Source of the DNA: Chloroflexota bacterium
GTDB lineage: Bacteria > Chloroflexota > UBA11872 > VXOZ01
Direction of reading: 5' to 3'
NCBI GenBank assembly: GCA_963663275.1
Contig: OY760183.1
Span: 2,464,001-2,528,000 of the forward strand
Length of the DNA stretch: 64,000 nt
Every line of letters begins with the position of its first letter. The stretch's first letter is position 1. A program made the translations under genes and the position numbers. Below are positions 31,893 to 42,689 of this stretch, piece after piece. Under the pieces are notes generated by a model. It made no database searches and was not told where the DNA came from. It saw only the letters and a program-made list of their open reading frames with translations.

Positions 31893-34058
31893 CTAGGCCT
31901 CGACCGCCGCCTCGTCCGCTTCCTCGGTTATAACCACCGGCGCCAGCGGTATCTCGATGATCATCTCCGTATACTCGCCCGGTTCGGATTCGACGCGGAT
32001 CGAGCCGCCATGCCGGCGCACGATGTCGCTGGACATGGCCAGGCCCAAGCCGGTTCCCTGGTCGGTCGGCTTGGTGGTGAAGAAGGGATTGAAAATCTTT
32101 TCGATAACGTCCGGCGGAATGCCGGTGCCGTTGTCTTTGATGCGGATTTCGGCGTGCTCTTCTCCCCGGCGGGTCGAGAGCCAGACGGTTGGGCCGTAGT
32201 CCGCGCCGCCGTCCGCCTGCTCGATGGCCCGGCGTCTCTCATCGGTGGCGTCGCAGGCGTTGCTGACCATATTCAGGAAGACGCGGCCCATGTCTTGCGG
32301 TATGACCTCGATTTCGCCCATCTCCGGGTCCAGGTCTTGCTTCAAGTCCAACTGGAACTCTGTGTCGGCGGCGCGCTTGCTGTGGTAGGCCAGCCGGGCG
32401 TGTTCATCGAGCAGATTGTTGATGTTGATAGCTTGCTGTCCGCCGGTGCCCCGGCCCATGGAAAGCATGTCGTGCACGATGCGGTTGGCGCGTTCGCCGT
32501 GATTGCGAATGCGCTCCAGGTTGCCGGTGAGGTCGCCGGAGATTTCCTCGATGTACGACTGGTCGTCCTCGCTCAGTTCGCCGTCACTCTCGTCGAGGAT
32601 TTCCTTGAGTTCGTCGAGCAGGTCCTCGGACGCCTCGGAGAAGTTCTTGACGAAATTGAGCGGATTCTTGATTTCGTGCGCCACGCCGGCGGTGAGTTCG
32701 CCGAGCGCGGCCAGTTTTTCGCGCATGACGATCTGGTCTTGCGCCTTGCGCAGGTCGGCCAGCACGCTCTCTAGCTCATCGTTCTTGCCCTGCAACTCGT
32801 TGGCGAGTTTTTCCACCAGGTTGAGGCGTTGCACTTCCAGCGCGTGCCGGCGGAAGACTTCCAGCGCCGCGGCCATCTCCGCCACCTCGTCCCGTCCGCT
32901 GATCTCCACCTGGGACTCCAGGTTGCCGCCGGCCATCTCGCGCATCCAACCGGAAAGCATCTCGATTCGGTGCACCACCACCCGGCCGACGAAGAGCCAG
33001 ACGATCACGAGCGCGCCGAGAATACTGATGAGGCCGATCGCGAGCAGCAGGATACGGCCGGTGAGTATCGCCTGGGTGGACGCTTGCGTGGCTTCATCCA
33101 CGCTCTGGGAAGCCGCGTTTACCAGCCCTTCAACCTCGCCCAGGAGCTCATTGGCCAGGTCGCTGTTGCTCGCCAGCAGGCCGTTCCGATGCTCGACCAG
33201 CCGCAACTGACGCGCGCGCAATTCGAAGACGCTCTCCAACGCGAACAACTGCTCGAAAATCGGGGAGAGTTCGGCATGGAACGGTGAATCCACCAGCGCA
33301 AACAGGCTGCGTTCGACGCGGCTCTGGGCCGATTCGAATCGCTCTTTCAAGGGCTCGATTAAGGAAGACTGCGAAACGACGTAGGAGTTTGCCAGGAGTT
33401 CGGTGGCAACGTTGGCCTCTGTCTTCAAAATCTGGAGGTGATAGTAGCGAAAGATCTCCTCATCCGTGAAGTGCTCTTCGCGGGGCGCGGCCGCTGCCCC
33501 AAGCGCGCTGTATCCCGTAATGATGTAGAAGATCTGATTGTCGATTACCGGGATCAAGACGTCTTCCACGTCGCTCCGCACCTTCGTCAGTTCGCCCCGC
33601 AAGACATCGCTCTCTTCGTTCAGCGCGAACGACTCGGACATTCCTTCCTGAACCGAGTGGATGTTGGAGAAAAGGGCGTCGGCAAGTTCTTGGACGCGGG
33701 CAAACCGTTCGTCCCCGGCGTCGGCCTGCTCGAGGATGGCAAGCTGGGACTCGAGGGCCTGGTGCGACTCCTCGATGCCGGCGGCGACGCGGTTGAAGTC
33801 TTCCGTCGTGACCGCGTTCGTAAGGCGAGGCGCGGCCGCCACGAGGGCGTTGCTGTATTGCGCGACGCTAAACGCGGCCACCATCTCCGGCACGCGGCCC
33901 TCGTTTACACGCCGCTGCACGTCCCCTACCTGGTTGAACGAGAACCATCCCACCAGGCTGGCGGCGATGACGAGCGCCACCGCGCCGCCAATGCCCAGGT
34001 AGAGTTGCGTGGAAATCCGGTACCGGGTTTCGAGCAATCCCTTGAAGCGATCAATCAC
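31893..34058 (-). CDS. Sensor histidine kinase: TorS-like extracytoplasmic domain, HAMP, NtrB-like core
   Basis: Two TM helices; GRDEVAEMA HAMP; AHEIKNPLNF; DNGTG, FFTTK, GTGLGL. Confidence 0.92.
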   Translation of the reverse strand: MIDRFKGLLETRYRISTQLYLGIGGAVALVIAASLVGWFSFNQVGDVQRRVNEGRVPEMVAAFSVAQYSNALVAAAPRLTNAVTTEDFNRVAAGIEESHQALESQLAILEQADAGDERFARVQELADALFSNIHSVQEGMSESFALNEESDVLRGELTKVRSDVEDVLIPVIDNQIFYIITGYSALGAAAAPREEHFTDEEIFRYYHLQILKTEANVATELLANSYVVSQSSLIEPLKERFESAQSRVERSLFALVDSPFHAELSPIFEQLFALESVFELRARQLRLVEHRNGLLASNSDLANELLGEVEGLVNAASQSVDEATQASTQAILTGRILLLAIGLISILGALVIVWLFVGRVVVHRIEMLSGWMREMAGGNLESQVEISGRDEVAEMAAALEVFRRHALEVQRLNLVEKLANELQGKNDELESVLADLRKAQDQIVMREKLAALGELTAGVAHEIKNPLNFVKNFSEASEDLLDELKEILDESDGELSEDDQSYIEEISGDLTGNLERIRNHGERANRIVHDMLSMGRGTGGQQAININNLLDEHARLAYHSKRAADTEFQLDLKQDLDPEMGEIEVIPQDMGRVFLNMVSNACDATDERRRAIEQADGGADYGPTVWLSTRRGEEHAEIRIKDNGTGIPPDVIEKIFNPFFTTKPTDQGTGLGLAMSSDIVRRHGGSIRVESEPGEYTEMIIEIPLAPVVITEEADEAAVEA

Positions 34059-35374
34059 CGCTCTACGTCCCGCAATGTGCTCACGGACTGATACGCGCCG
34101 TCCGAACCGATCATCGTCAAGAAAACTGAATCCGAGCCCTGATTATCTTCCATTCCGAAGAGGAGCGGGAACCCATTGAGATCAATCATGCCGGCGTTGC
34201 GCAAGCTATCCAGGAAGCAGTCGCGGGTAGGCTGTGGGCCGCAGCGCTCAAGGCCCTCGATTGCCAATCGGCCGGCAAGATAGCCTTCTAGTGAGACGAA
34301 ACTTGGATCATGCCACCCGGACAGTTCGCGCACGGCGCGCAGGTAATCCTTGACAATTTGCACAGAGTCATCCGTGGGAAACGGCACCACCTGCGTCACG
34401 AACACGCCGGCGCCGGCCGGCCCGAGTTCCTGCGCCAAGGCGTTGCTGCCAACGAAGGAGACGGTCATGAAAATCGGGTCGAAACCGGTGTGCCGCGCCC
34501 AGGCGATGAAAGCGGCGACCGGCTTATACGCGCCGATCATGATGACCGCTTCGGGTTCGCCGCGGCGAATGTCCAGCAGCGCCGCCTTGACGGCCGTCGT
34601 ATTGCGCGTATACACCCCGATGGACACCATTTCCATATCGCGCTTCTCCAGCGCCAGCCGCACGCCGTTATAGCCCGCGCGACCGTAGGAATCGTCCTGG
34701 TACAGCACGGCGATGCGCGTGACGCCCAAGTCGGTGGTCAGGCGTTCCACCATCTCTTCCGTCTCTTGATAGTAGGAGGCGCGCAAGTTGATTACGTTGA
34801 CCAAGGCCTTATTGCGTAGAAGCTCAGCGCCGGTGAAGGGAGCGATATAGGGTACACCCGCATCGAAAGCAACCGGCACCGCGGAGCGCGACGTTGGCGT
34901 GCCAACCGCGCCGATGAGGGCAAAGACATTCGTATCCTCGATGAGACTGAGCGTGTTGGCGATGGCGGCTTCCGGCTCGTAGGCATCGTCGAGGGAGTAG
35001 AGGATCAACTCGCGCCCGTGCACGCCGCCGCACGGCCGGGTCTGCGTTTCCCCTTCGCGCAACGTGGGGCAGGGCTGGTTGGCCTCATGGAAGGCCGCCC
35101 TGATGCCAAACTCCATGTTGATGCCGAGTTCTTCAGCGGGGCCGCTGAAGGCCGCGGACTGGCCGAAGAGGATTTGCTTCTCGGAGACACCCGGGGCAAA
35201 GTCCGTGATTTCGGTAACGGTCCCGGGAGTCGGTGTCGCAACCACCGCCGTGGACGCGCCGTCTGAATCGGAGGCAGAACAACCAACCAGAAGGATGGCT
35301 ACGAGAAGTCCCGCAACCGCTTTGATGCCGACGCCAATCAGCCGGGCGGCCGACGGGCGGGAGACCTTCATCAT
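34055..35374 (-). CDS. Type I periplasmic-binding lipoprotein (LivJ-like)
   Basis: LVGC lipobox; GQSAAFSGPA, GGVHGR, DDAYEP, VGTPTS, RASY. Confidence 0.88.
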   Translation of the reverse strand: MMKVSRPSAARLIGVGIKAVAGLLVAILLVGCSASDSDGASTAVVATPTPGTVTEITDFAPGVSEKQILFGQSAAFSGPAEELGINMEFGIRAAFHEANQPCPTLREGETQTRPCGGVHGRELILYSLDDAYEPEAAIANTLSLIEDTNVFALIGAVGTPTSRSAVPVAFDAGVPYIAPFTGAELLRNKALVNVINLRASYYQETEEMVERLTTDLGVTRIAVLYQDDSYGRAGYNGVRLALEKRDMEMVSIGVYTRNTTAVKAALLDIRRGEPEAVIMIGAYKPVAAFIAWARHTGFDPIFMTVSFVGSNALAQELGPAGAGVFVTQVVPFPTDDSVQIVKDYLRAVRELSGWHDPSFVSLEGYLAGRLAIEGLERCGPQPTRDCFLDSLRNAGMIDLNGFPLLFGMEDNQGSDSVFLTMIGSDGAYQSVSTLRDVER

Positions 35375-35799
35375 TTTACTAAGCTCGTAACCATGGTCAG
35401 GTGGTTCTTGCCCTGCTCCCGCCGGTACTGCACGTCGTCCATCATCGTGCGCACGAGATGGACGCCCAGACCGCCAATGTGCCGGTCTTCAAGCTCGGCG
35501 TTCACGTCGGGCTCGGGAGCGTCGTGCAAGGGGTCGAAGGGGCGGCCGTCGTCAACGACCTCGATCGTGAGGGCGCTATCATCCGCGGTGAGATTGATCT
35601 CAATCTCATGCCGGCCGCTTTCGTGAGCGTAGTTCATGACGTTGATGACGATCTCTTCCAGCGCCAGATTGACCTTGAATACAAGGTCGAGGGGCCAGTC
35701 CGCGCCCATGCCGAATTCCTCGACCGCGGCCGCGACGCTTTCCAACTCTTCTTGTCTGTTCTCGACCTTGAGGCGCAATTCGGTACTCAACGCTTTCAC
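35371..35799 (-). CDS. RsbW-like anti-sigma factor / Ser kinase
   Basis: LALEEIVIN, DDGRPFDP, GGLGVHL. Confidence 0.9.
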   Translation of the reverse strand: MKALSTELRLKVENRQEELESVAAAVEEFGMGADWPLDLVFKVNLALEEIVINVMNYAHESGRHEIEINLTADDSALTIEVVDDGRPFDPLHDAPEPDVNAELEDRHIGGLGVHLVRTMMDDVQYRREQGKNHLTMVTSLVK

Positions 35800-36956
35800 T
35801 CGCTCCGGCTCAGTGCTAGGCAGGTTATGTCGTCGGACTGCGGCGTCTCGCCGGCAAACTCCCTGACGGCGGCAAACACGGCCTCGTTCGCCGCTTCCGG
35901 GTCCTGGGGGGCAACGGTGGCAAACACCTCCTGAAGACGGTCTTCGCCAAACTCTTCGCCGTCGGCGTTCATCGCCTCCGTCACACCGTCCGTATAGAGA
36001 AACACGGTCTCACCGGGCGCCAGTGTTACGGAAGACTCCTGGTAAGGGAGACCGGGCATCACGCCCAGCGCGATTCCTTTTGTCAAGGGAAGGAACGTCG
36101 AACTGCCGTCGGGTCGAACGATAAGGGGACTGTTGTGGCCGCCGTTCGCGAAGGAAAGCTCCCCGCTCAGCGGATTGTACACGGTGTAGAAGACGGTAAC
36201 GAACATGCCGGCGTCGTTGTCCTCTTCCAGCAATTCGTTGACCTCGCCGAGCACTTTGCCCGGGTCGCCGATGCCAATGGCGGAACCCTTGAGCAGCGTG
36301 CGCGTGGACATCATGAAGAGCGCGGCCGGCACACCTTTGTCCGATACGTCCGCGATTGCCAGGCCGACGAAGCCGTCTTCCATGTGAAACACGTCGAAGA
36401 AGTCACCGCCCACGTTGCGCGCGGGATCCATGCTTCCATAGATGCGGTAGTTGTCGCCCTGGGCAAACTCGGTGGGGAGAATCGACTGCTGAATCTGGCT
36501 GGCGACGTTGAGTTCGTTCTGCAGCGCGACCAGCTTATCGCGCGACGAAAGCGCCTCGCGCCACTCCGTCATGTGGTTGAGCGTTCTGTCGATCGTGATC
36601 TTCAGGTCCGCGAAGTCCAGCGGCTTGGTAACGAAGTCGAACGCGCCCCGGTTCATCGCCGTGCGGATGTTCTTCATGTCCCCGTAAGCGGAGACGATGA
36701 CAGAGCGGATGTTAGGATCGACTTTGGGAATCTGCTCGAGCAGCGTCAGGCCGTCCATGCGGGGCATATTGATGTCCGACAGCACCATGTCGATGGTGTC
36801 GTCTTCAGTCAGGCGCTCCAGCGCCTCGATTCCGTTTTGCGCAAAGACGAACGTATAGCGACCCGCGCGAATGTGGCGCCGCATACGCTGCAGCATTAGG
36901 GGTTCAAGATCCGGTTCGTCATCGACGACGAGGATCTTATACGGTGGCTCCATCAT
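35796..36956 (-). CDS. Response regulator receiver fused to PP2C (SpoIIE/RsbU) phosphatase
   Basis: ILVVDD, SDINMP, TKP; VGGDFFD, ADVSDKG, YTDGVTEA, SDDIT. Confidence 0.93.
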   Translation of the reverse strand: MMEPPYKILVVDDEPDLEPLMLQRMRRHIRAGRYTFVFAQNGIEALERLTEDDTIDMVLSDINMPRMDGLTLLEQIPKVDPNIRSVIVSAYGDMKNIRTAMNRGAFDFVTKPLDFADLKITIDRTLNHMTEWREALSSRDKLVALQNELNVASQIQQSILPTEFAQGDNYRIYGSMDPARNVGGDFFDVFHMEDGFVGLAIADVSDKGVPAALFMMSTRTLLKGSAIGIGDPGKVLGEVNELLEEDNDAGMFVTVFYTVYNPLSGELSFANGGHNSPLIVRPDGSSTFLPLTKGIALGVMPGLPYQESSVTLAPGETVFLYTDGVTEAMNADGEEFGEDRLQEVFATVAPQDPEAANEAVFAAVREFAGETPQSDDITCLALSRSE

Positions 36957-37068
36957 TCCCCTCTTAAATGCAATTCTACGCTCGGCTCGTCAAGCGGCTT
37001 CGCGTCGCGTACTCGCGCCGCTGAGTGCATCGCCGGCCAATTAGTCGGCAAGTACGACGCGGGTTTGT

Positions 37069-37407
37069 TCAGCCCTGGAGTGCGGAAATGGCGTCGGGCG
37101 GAGAGTCGTGGACGGGAATAATCTGATCGAACCCGCTAATCTCGAAGATTTCGCGGATCGACTCCGAAAGCGAGCACACGGCAAACTTCGCGCCCTGCTT
37201 TTGAAGAGACTTGGCGGTAAGCAAGATGACGCGCAAACCGGCGCTACTAATGTAAGAGACTTCCTCAAGATCCAGAACCACAGCGCTCTCGCTCGCATCG
37301 ATCGCGGCATCCAACGCATCCTGGAATTCACGGGCATTGGCCCCGTCGATGCGACCCTCAGTCTTGGCTATCAGCGTGTTATCCTGCCGCTCGGTGGTGA
37401 CTCCCAT
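37069..37407 (-). CDS. STAS-domain anti-sigma factor antagonist (RsbV-like)
   Basis: GRID, YISSAGLRV, FEISGF. Confidence 0.92.
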   Translation of the reverse strand: MGVTTERQDNTLIAKTEGRIDGANAREFQDALDAAIDASESAVVLDLEEVSYISSAGLRVILLTAKSLQKQGAKFAVCSLSESIREIFEISGFDQIIPVHDSPPDAISALQG

Positions 37408-38040
37408 TGGGCATGTCTCCTTAGAAAAGCTACGACTTTGCTCCCTGCCAACCGCAATGCTCGATCTGCACCATCGGCTATCGAACCGCCTCTGCCACGA
37501 CTAACCCACAGGATCTCGCCTCGTAGGATACACAATTGCTTGGCGCCCTTAGCGCCGCCGCCGCATTGGATTCCTACCCAACGAGTATACTATATCACTT
37601 TCGTTAATATTTCTCCGCAAGACCCAAGGGCCGCCGTGTGTTCACAGAGTCGTGACGGCATCTTCTCGTTGGCTTTGTCTGGCGCAGCATATTTGCGCCG
37701 TCTACCGTGGAAGTGCCGCACAGTGACCGTACCAAATTGCTTGCTCCGTGTCAAATATATGCTGTGTCAATAGACTCGCAGGTCACCGCGCGCGTCTTAT
37801 AGGAAATTGCGGTGTCGCTTGAGGCCCGGCGGTGCTTCTAGCGCAACCCACCTCTCCGCCGGCCGCCGCTGCCCTTGCGCCGATGATTCCCTCCCGAGCC
37901 ACCCGCCGGGAGAGACAGGGGGCAAACCTGAGCGGCCGCGCCCCCAACACTGTACACTGCTATGGAACCGGCGCGTGAACGCGGTTCCGCAAAGCGGATC
38001 AGTCCCAATTCTTGGAAAGCCAGGTTCTCACCCGGGTGAC

Positions 38041-38901
38041 ATGCGTATCCTCATTACCGGAGGCAACGGGCAACTCGCGCGCGACCTGACTCGCGCGCTT
38101 GTCGACCATGACGTGCGACCGCTCCCCCGGCAAGCGTTGGACATCTGCGACCACGCTCAAGCGGCCGCGGTGGTGCGCTCTATCGCGCCGGACGCGCTGA
38201 TCAACACGGCGGCCTTCCACCGGGTTGACGATTGCGAAACGGAGCAAGAGGCGGCCTTTGCCGCCAATGCCCTCGCCGTGCGCCGCCTGGCGCAACTCTG
38301 CGCGGAACGAAACGCGGCGTTCGTGCACTTCAGCACGGACTACGTCTTTGGCGGCCAGCGGAAGCGCGCACCGTTGACCGAGGAGGACCCGCCCGCGCCG
38401 CTCTCAGTCTACGGCGCTTCCAAGTTGGCCGGCGAATACCTGGCGGGACTCACGTGGCGGCGGTCGCTGATAGTCCGCACCTGCGGCCTCTACGGCGCGG
38501 GCGGCAACTTCGTCCGGACGATGCTGCAAAAAGCCCGGGAAGGCGCCGCGCTCAGGGTTGTGGACGACCAAGTGTGCACACCCACCTCTACCAGAGACCT
38601 GGCGGAGAAGGTAGCGTGGCTGCTGGCGCAAGAAGCAGCCGGAGTCGTGCACGTCACGAACGCGGGTTCGTGCACGTGGTACACATTCGCCAAAGCAATT
38701 TTCGCCACGGCGGGCATCAGGGCAAACCTCACGCCCGCAACGTCCGGCGAGCACGCCGCCCCGGCGGCGCGTCCACCGTACTCGGTGCTGGCCCACGCGC
38801 GGCTCGCCGCGCTCGGCCAAGACGATATGCGCCCCTGGCAAGATGCCCTCGACGCTTACTTGAAAGCGGCGGGAATCTCTTGGACTGAGCAGTCCCGATA
38901 A
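38041..38901 (+). CDS. rfbD: dTDP-4-dehydrorhamnose reductase
   Basis: ITGGNGQL, STDYVF, YGASK, VVDDQ, RPPYSVL. Confidence 0.93.
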   Translation: MRILITGGNGQLARDLTRALVDHDVRPLPRQALDICDHAQAAAVVRSIAPDALINTAAFHRVDDCETEQEAAFAANALAVRRLAQLCAERNAAFVHFSTDYVFGGQRKRAPLTEEDPPAPLSVYGASKLAGEYLAGLTWRRSLIVRTCGLYGAGGNFVRTMLQKAREGAALRVVDDQVCTPTSTRDLAEKVAWLLAQEAAGVVHVTNAGSCTWYTFAKAIFATAGIRANLTPATSGEHAAPAARPPYSVLAHARLAALGQDDMRPWQDALDAYLKAAGISWTEQSR

Positions 38902-38917
38902 GAGGTTCAGCGGTGAT

Positions 38918-39739
38918 TCAGTCGAGGCGATAGGGATAGCAGACCGGCTGCCGGGTGACCGGATCGCTGCCAATGCGCGCCCCTATCCCGAATACTTCCC
39001 GCAGCACGTCTGCCCGGATCACGTCTGCCGTCGGCCCGTCGGCGTAGACGCCGCCCGCCTTCAGCGCGATCAGGCGCGGGCAGTAACGCGCCGCCAGGTT
39101 CAAGTCGTGCAGCACGACAATGACGGTAATCTTGCGCGTTCGGTTCAGTTCCGCGATAAGGTCCATTACTTCCAACTGATGGCCGAGATCGAGGAACGTG
39201 ACCGGTTCGTCGAGCAGCATTACGCGCGGCTGCTGCGCGAGCGCCAGCGCAATCCACGCCTTCTGCCGTTCGCCGCCGGACAAGGCGGACAACTCCCGCT
39301 CAGCGAAGTCTTCGAGCCGGCAGGATTGTATCGTCTCGTGGATGACCTTACGGTCGCGCATCCCAAAGCGTTGTAGCCAGGAGATGTGCGGATAGCGGCC
39401 GTAACCCACAAGGTCACGCACGGTGAGCCCCGGAGGCGCCGCGGGCGCTTGCGCCATGACCGCCATGCGCCGCGCAACCCTCTGCGGCGGGTACGAGCCG
39501 ATGTCCTCTCCATCGAGATGGACCGCGCCGCTCCTGGGCTTCACCAGCCCGCCCATGACCTTGAGCAGCGTGGACTTGCCCGAACCGTTGCACCCGATGA
39601 CGCCCACCATCTCACCGGCCGCGACGTGAACGTCTACGTTCGCCAGCACCGGGTCCTGTGCATAGGCGGCGGTGACGCCCATTACGCTGATTTCAGTTTC
39701 TGACGCGCCCACGTCAGTCCGCTGCCTTAACCGTCGCAT
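38918..39739 (-). CDS. Iron-siderophore/cobalamin-type ABC transporter ATPase (start uncertain)
   Basis: GCNGSGKST, LSGGERQ, LLDEP, VLHDLNLA. Confidence 0.92.
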   Translation of the reverse strand: MRRLRQRTDVGASETEISVMGVTAAYAQDPVLANVDVHVAAGEMVGVIGCNGSGKSTLLKVMGGLVKPRSGAVHLDGEDIGSYPPQRVARRMAVMAQAPAAPPGLTVRDLVGYGRYPHISWLQRFGMRDRKVIHETIQSCRLEDFAERELSALSGGERQKAWIALALAQQPRVMLLDEPVTFLDLGHQLEVMDLIAELNRTRKITVIVVLHDLNLAARYCPRLIALKAGGVYADGPTADVIRADVLREVFGIGARIGSDPVTRQPVCYPYRLD

Positions 39740-40457
39740 TGCGCATTGCTTGAAAGTGCCTCTCCACAGACCCGCCGGCCAACATGCTCCCTATCAGGAC
39801 AAGCCAGAGCACAAAGGCGGTCCCGTTGATTGGATGCATGAAGGTGGCGGCGTCAATCCAAATGAACTGCATCGCCAAGCCGACAATAGCCGATACGGGC
39901 GAGAGGCGGCGCAGTTTGCCGCCGCCCTTCCATTGTTGCCGCGCCGCGACCAGCAATGCCAGTCCGGCCAGCGCAAAACCGATCTTGCCGGCTAACCAGC
40001 GGAAGAGGTCGATAGTCTCGGTCGCGGCGCCGGTCGCCAGGAGCGCGGGGTCGGACGCGGCGGGCGCGGTGACCGCCAGCGCCGCCGCCGAAGCCCCCGA
40101 GATCGCCGTGAACACTCCCGATACGACAAAGAGAGTTGGTACCAGGGACGCGCCCCAGCCTTCGCGGACAATCCACGTTTTGGCAAGGAAACGCGCCCCG
40201 GCAATTAGCGTAATCGCCGAAACAAGCCGCGCCACGCCGCCCGCACCGTAGAGAACCCAATTCTCCGCTATGACTTCCAGCGACTCCGCCAGCGTAGGCT
40301 GGTCGGCGTCCGCGGCGACACGCGCCGCCACCGCCAGCACAGTGGCTGCCGCCATGAGGATGAGCAGAATACCGGCAACGCGAGCGGCGGGATCTCGTGC
40401 CAGTCCCGCCTCGCTCTCCCGCAGGCCTCGAGACTCCGATTTCTGCGAATCTTCCAT
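39714..40457 (-). CDS. Multi-pass membrane protein (DUF4386-like)
   Basis: About six hydrophobic helices; lies within the ABC operon. Confidence 0.65.
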   Translation of the reverse strand: MEDSQKSESRGLRESEAGLARDPAARVAGILLILMAAATVLAVAARVAADADQPTLAESLEVIAENWVLYGAGGVARLVSAITLIAGARFLAKTWIVREGWGASLVPTLFVVSGVFTAISGASAAALAVTAPAASDPALLATGAATETIDLFRWLAGKIGFALAGLALLVAARQQWKGGGKLRRLSPVSAIVGLAMQFIWIDAATFMHPINGTAFVLWLVLIGSMLAGGSVERHFQAMRNATVKAAD

Positions 40458-40538
40458 TTCGCCAGTCTCCAGTCGGATTGGTGTTTAGTGATGAATCGCT
40501 TCCTCGATTGCCGCGCGGCGCCGTCCGAACCGCACGCG

Positions 40539-41600
40539 CTAAAGATTTCTGCCTCCGACGAAGCGCGCTCTATATAGCATAAATACGAAGAAGGGGCCGC
40601 CGATGAGCGCCGTGATGACGCCCACCGGCAATTCCAGCGGCGCCAGCACCATGCGCGCGCCCAGGTCCGCCCAAACGATCAAGGCGGCGCCGCCGACGGC
40701 CGAGGCCGGCACGAGATAGGCGTGATTGCGGCCGCCCAGCAGCCGCATGACGTGAGGCACGATGAGACCGACAAACCCTACAAGCCCTGCCACGCTGACG
40801 GCGGAGGCAGCCAAGAGCGCCGCCATCGCCATTGCCAGGAAACGGGCTCGTTCGATACGGACTCCAAGCGACTGGGCGGTTTCGTCGCCCAGTTGCATGA
40901 CGTTGAGTTGGCGGACGAGCAGGATTCCGCCAACAATGCCGATTACGCTGTAAGGCCAGACGAGTTCGAGATGGCCCCAACTCCGTCCCACGAGATTCCC
41001 CGCCAGCCAGAGCACCACCGACTGGACGCGGTCGCTGAACACGGTCAACATGCCGGTGGTGAACGCGCCCAGCATCGTCGTCACGGCCACACCCGCCAAG
41101 ACCATGCGCACGGGCGACGTGCCGGTTCCCGGCTGCCAGGAGAGGAGATAGACCAATGTCGACGACGCCAAAGCGCCGAGGAAGGCAATGGGCGGCAAGA
41201 GCGCGCCAATACCCGGCAGCAAGATCAACACCACCGCGGCCGCCAGACCGGCCCCGGCCGTGACTCCCACGATCGTCGGGGCCGCCAGCGGATTGCGCAT
41301 AATGCCCTGGAGGAGAACCCCGGCCACGGCGAAATTCATGCCTACCAGGCCGCCGACGAGAGCGCGAGGCACCCGCAAATTCCACACGATCTGGCGCGGA
41401 ACGTGCTCCGAGTCTCCAAGGAGGGCCGCCCACACCTCGCCCGGCCCGATGGGGACCGCTCCCAGCGCCAGCGACATCACCATACCGGCGATGAGCAGCG
41501 CCAGGCAAGAGCCGATGATTGCAAATTGCCGGACGCTGCGAGGCTGTGGCGGGGGCGGCGGTGGCGGCGCGTCAACGCCAGTCGCATCCTCTGGGCTCAT
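40539..41600 (-). CDS. FecCD-family ABC permease
   Basis: RVPR, MRNPLA, GDETAQSLG, GFVGLIVPH, PVGVITALIGGP. Confidence 0.94.
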   Translation of the reverse strand: MSPEDATGVDAPPPPPPPQPRSVRQFAIIGSCLALLIAGMVMSLALGAVPIGPGEVWAALLGDSEHVPRQIVWNLRVPRALVGGLVGMNFAVAGVLLQGIMRNPLAAPTIVGVTAGAGLAAAVVLILLPGIGALLPPIAFLGALASSTLVYLLSWQPGTGTSPVRMVLAGVAVTTMLGAFTTGMLTVFSDRVQSVVLWLAGNLVGRSWGHLELVWPYSVIGIVGGILLVRQLNVMQLGDETAQSLGVRIERARFLAMAMAALLAASAVSVAGLVGFVGLIVPHVMRLLGGRNHAYLVPASAVGGAALIVWADLGARMVLAPLELPVGVITALIGGPFFVFMLYRARFVGGRNL

Positions 41601-41603
41601 GCC

Positions 41604-42689
41604 CTACTCCCGCGCGTCGGGGTACAGCAGCGGACGCAACTCTTCCATGGCTTGAATTACGCGCGGGCCGGGGTACAGCATGAATAGCCACTCGGATAGT
41701 TCGTGCACGCGCCCTTCCTGGACGGCGCGCAATCCCTCCCAAGCCGGATTTGCGTACAACTCGGTAAAGTCCGCTTCGCGCGCGTCACTCGGGCTCGCAT
41801 GGCGAACTACCAAGATTATGTCTGGATCCCGTTCTACCACTTTCTCCAAACTAAAGGGCGTAAAGCCCGGTTGCGGCACGCCGCGATACGCGTATGGTGG
41901 ATCGCCTTCAGTAGCCAAACGCCCGCGCAAACGCGCGACGATGTCTCCCAAATAGGACTTAGCGGTGAATGCCAGGAACGCCTCGCTGGTGCCGAAGACG
42001 CCAATGACAACCGGACCATCTGCCGGCAGGCCTTGCTGCTGCTCCGCTATCTTCTCTTCCAGCGCCGCACGGGCCTTCCGGGCCTCGTCTTCGCAACCGG
42101 CCAGAGCGCCGAAGACTTCCATCTTTTCCAATATGCCCTCAACGCTGCTTAAGTCAAAGATCAACACGGGAATTCCGAGCGCGGCCTGAACCGGCCCGGC
42201 AAACCTGGCAAACGTCGGCGAGGTGAGAAGCACGTCCGGCCGCGCCGCCGCCAACTGCTCCAGATTGGGGCCGGCGGAATGGTTGATGGCAACTACCGGA
42301 ATGTCCTGCGCCTCAGGCGGATAGATGTACTCCTCCGGAATCTGCGGCCTCGCAACCGGGGTGTGGCCGCAGGTCAGCAGCAACTCGACCATCCAGGCGT
42401 CAGTCACGGCGATGCGCAGCGGCCCGCCGGGAATTTCCACCTGTCTGCGGGTGTCATCCGTCACCGTGCGCGGGGCCGGTCCCGCCTCTGTTTCGGAATC
42501 GGCAGGCGGCGCCGGTTTCTCAGTGGACGCCTCTTCCTGCGACGCCGCGGGCGCGGGCGCCGTGCCGGCCGTTCCATAGGCGCAAGACGCGCCCAGCAGA
42601 ATCAGCGCAACGCCGGCGAGCGCCAACAGGAAGATCGTTCTTCCGATTCGTTTCACAGCGTTCCGCGGTCGTTCGTTCCTGGCTGACAT
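41604..42689 (-). CDS. Class III iron/cobalamin-type solute-binding lipoprotein
   Basis: GASC lipobox, TVTDD, PNLEQLAAARPD, SLEKVVERDPD, PGPR. Confidence 0.9.
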   Translation of the reverse strand: MSARNERPRNAVKRIGRTIFLLALAGVALILLGASCAYGTAGTAPAPAASQEEASTEKPAPPADSETEAGPAPRTVTDDTRRQVEIPGGPLRIAVTDAWMVELLLTCGHTPVARPQIPEEYIYPPEAQDIPVVAINHSAGPNLEQLAAARPDVLLTSPTFARFAGPVQAALGIPVLIFDLSSVEGILEKMEVFGALAGCEDEARKARAALEEKIAEQQQGLPADGPVVIGVFGTSEAFLAFTAKSYLGDIVARLRGRLATEGDPPYAYRGVPQPGFTPFSLEKVVERDPDIILVVRHASPSDAREADFTELYANPAWEGLRAVQEGRVHELSEWLFMLYPGPRVIQAMEELRPLLYPDARE

